Shown: positions 61,796-64,000 of the stretch, in pieces
How the letters are laid out: every line of letters begins with the position of its first letter
How positions within the stretch are numbered: the stretch's first letter is position 1
Translations under genes and position numbers: made by a program
Notes under the pieces: model-generated
What the model was told of the DNA's origin: nothing
Seen by the model: only the letters and a program-made list of their open reading frames with translations
Databases searched by the model: none
NCBI GenBank assembly: GCA_965218585.1
Contig: CBDCLE010000004.1
Coordinates: 96,001-160,000 of the forward strand
Origin: Terriglobia bacterium
GTDB taxonomy: Bacteria; Acidobacteriota; Terriglobia; 20CM-2-55-15
Direction: 5' to 3'
Length of the DNA stretch: 64,000 nt

Positions 61796-64000
61796 TGGCG
61801 CTCCATCCCAACTTCCCCGAATCGCCTTATGCCATCCTCGACCCGTCTATCCGTTGGTTTCCGGCGGATGAAGCCCTGCGGGAATCCAGCTCCGAGAAGC
61901 TGATGCCGCCGCTGGTGCCGCAACTGCGCAAGAAAGTGAAGGAATGGCGGGACAGCGGCTACGTGGGGGCGACCGACACCAGCAAGAGCCTGCTCAACTG
62001 GTGGTTCAACACGCCACACATGCTCCCCCAAACCGACGGCACCATGACCGAGTTCCAGTATTACTTTGCGCAGCGCGAGGCGCTGGAGACTATCGTCTAT
62101 CTTTATGACGTGGTGGGCGTGCAGGACAAGTACGACCTGATGCGTTTCGACAGTAGCGGAGCGGTCTCCACGGGCATGTTTGACGAGACCTGGCGACGCT
62201 TTGTAGTGAAAATGGCGACCGGCACAGGCAAGACCAAGCTGCTAAGCCTGGCGCTGGCCTGGAGTTTCTTCCACAAGCTGTATGAGCCGGAGTCGGAGCT
62301 GTCCCGCAACTTCCTGGTGATTGCGCCCAACATCATTGTGCTGGATCGCATCTACAAAGATTTCAGTGGTCTGCGCATCTTCTTCGCGGACCCGGTGCTG
62401 CCGGACAACGGCGTGGACGGGCGCAACTGGCGCGACGATTTTCAGCTGACCCTGCACCGGCAGGACGAGGTTCGCATCACACGGCCCACCGGCAACATCT
62501 TTTTGACCAACATCCACCGCGTCTATGCCGGGGACGATACTCCCGCAGCGCCCGATGATGAAGACACGATGGATTACTTTCTGGGCAAGCGGCCCACTGG
62601 CGCAACCATCGACTCCAAAGTGGATTTGGGCATGATCGTGCGCGACATTGATGAACTGATGGTATTGAACGACGAGGCCCACCATATTCACGACCCGCGC
62701 ATGGCTTGGTTCAAATCCATCGAAGACATCCACAACCGCTTGAATCAAAAAGGGTCGGCCCTTTCCCTGCAAGTGGACGTGACCGCTACGCCCAAGCACA
62801 ACAACGGCGCGATTTTCGTGCAGACCATCGCCGATTACCCGCTGGTGGAAGCTATCTCGCAAAACGTGGTCAAGCATCCGGTGCTGCCCGACGCCGCCAG
62901 TCGCGCCAAGTTGACGGAACAGAAGAGCGCAAAGTACACCGAGAAATACGCCGACTACATTCACCTGGGCGTAATCGAGTGGCGCAAAGCGTATGCCGAG
63001 CACGAAAAACTGGGCAAGAAAACCATCTTGTTCGTGATGACCGATGACACTCGCAACTGCGACGACGTAGCCAAATACCTAGAAGGCCACTACCCCGATC
63101 TGAAAGACGCTGTGCTGGTCATCCATACAAAGAGAAACGGCGAGATCTCCGAATCAACGTCAGGCAAGAACAAAGAAGATTTGGAGAAGCTGCGCGATCA
63201 AGCCAACTCGATTGACGGGCTGGACAGCCCCTACAAGGCGATCATCTCGGTGATGGTGCTGAAAGAAGGTTGGGACGTGCGGAACGTCACCACCATAGTG
63301 GGGCTACGAGCGTATTCGGCCCCCAGCAACATCCTGCCTGAACAGACTCTAGGGCGCGGCCTGCGGAAAATGTACCCCGGAGGCCCGGAGGAATATGTCA
63401 GCGTGGTGGGCACGGATGCCTTCATGGATTTCGTAGAATCCATTCAGGCGGAAGGAGTGGTGCTGGAACACAAGCCGATGGGCGAGGGCACCGGGGCAAA
63501 GACCCCGCTGGTGGTGGAGATTGACAAGGAAAACGACAAAAAAGACATTGGCGCGCTGGATATTGAAATCCCCGTGCTTACGCCGCGCGCCTATCGGGAA
63601 TACAAGAACCTGGGCGAGCTGAACGCGAGCGCCTTGGGGCATCAGCGCGTGGCCTACCAATATTTCAGCGAGGAAGAACAACGGGAGATCGTCTTCAAGG
63701 ACATCACTACCGGCGAGATGGCGCATACCACTATTCTCGACACGGCGGGCATTGCCGATTACCGCAGTGTGATCGGCTACTTCGCGCAGACCCTGATGAA
63801 GGACTTGCGGCTGGTCAGCGGTTACGACGTGCTGTATGGAAAGGTCAAAGCGTTTGTGCAAGAACAGTTGTTTGACCGTCCTGTGAATCTAGAGACCGCC
63901 AACACCCTGCGCAACTTGTCGGAACTGGCCGCGACCAAAACCCTGATAGAAACATTCAAGAAGGCGATCAACGCGCTCACCGTGCGGGACAAAGGCGACG
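61795..64000 (+). CDS. res: Type III RM restriction subunit (Res), partial at window end; not in the ORF track
   Basis: TAATG coupling to mod; MALHPNFP..., KMATGTGKT, NDEAHH, TATP, EGWDV, EQTLGRGLR. Confidence 0.88.

Overview
Bacterial chromosomal origin region, most likely Acidobacteriota (inferred from gene order and content, not from a database search). The core is: an AhpD-like probable selenoprotein, a sirtuin, atpF'FHAGDC, selD with an in-frame UGA (Sec), bactofilin, parBA/parS, rsmG, mnmG, mnmE, yidC, yidD, rnpA, rpmH, dnaA, oriC, dnaN, gyrBA, mqnA and mqnC. Two accessory regions interrupt it. (1) 7803-16768 is an IS1-family cargo transposon with 24-bp perfect terminal IRs and an 8-bp target duplication. 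It carries an HTH gene, a divergent PyrF homolog, an atypical tRNA with a Ser-like body and a Leu (UAG) anticodon, and an RHH regulator. Five other IS inserted into it, including an IS1111-group element placed inside its right IR, whose non-coding end shows candidate bridge-RNA guides. (2) From about 37546 to the window end is a decayed integrated plasmid/defence island. It holds a circularly permuted split repA, iterons, a solitary type I-C-like CRISPR repeat, a mobC pseudogene, a par locus, DUF2791-like ATPase plus Lhr helicase remnants, an OLD-like nuclease, a SIR2 remnant, a MazEF-like TA pair and an IS-disrupted type III RM system. All calls come from manual reading and motif recognition.
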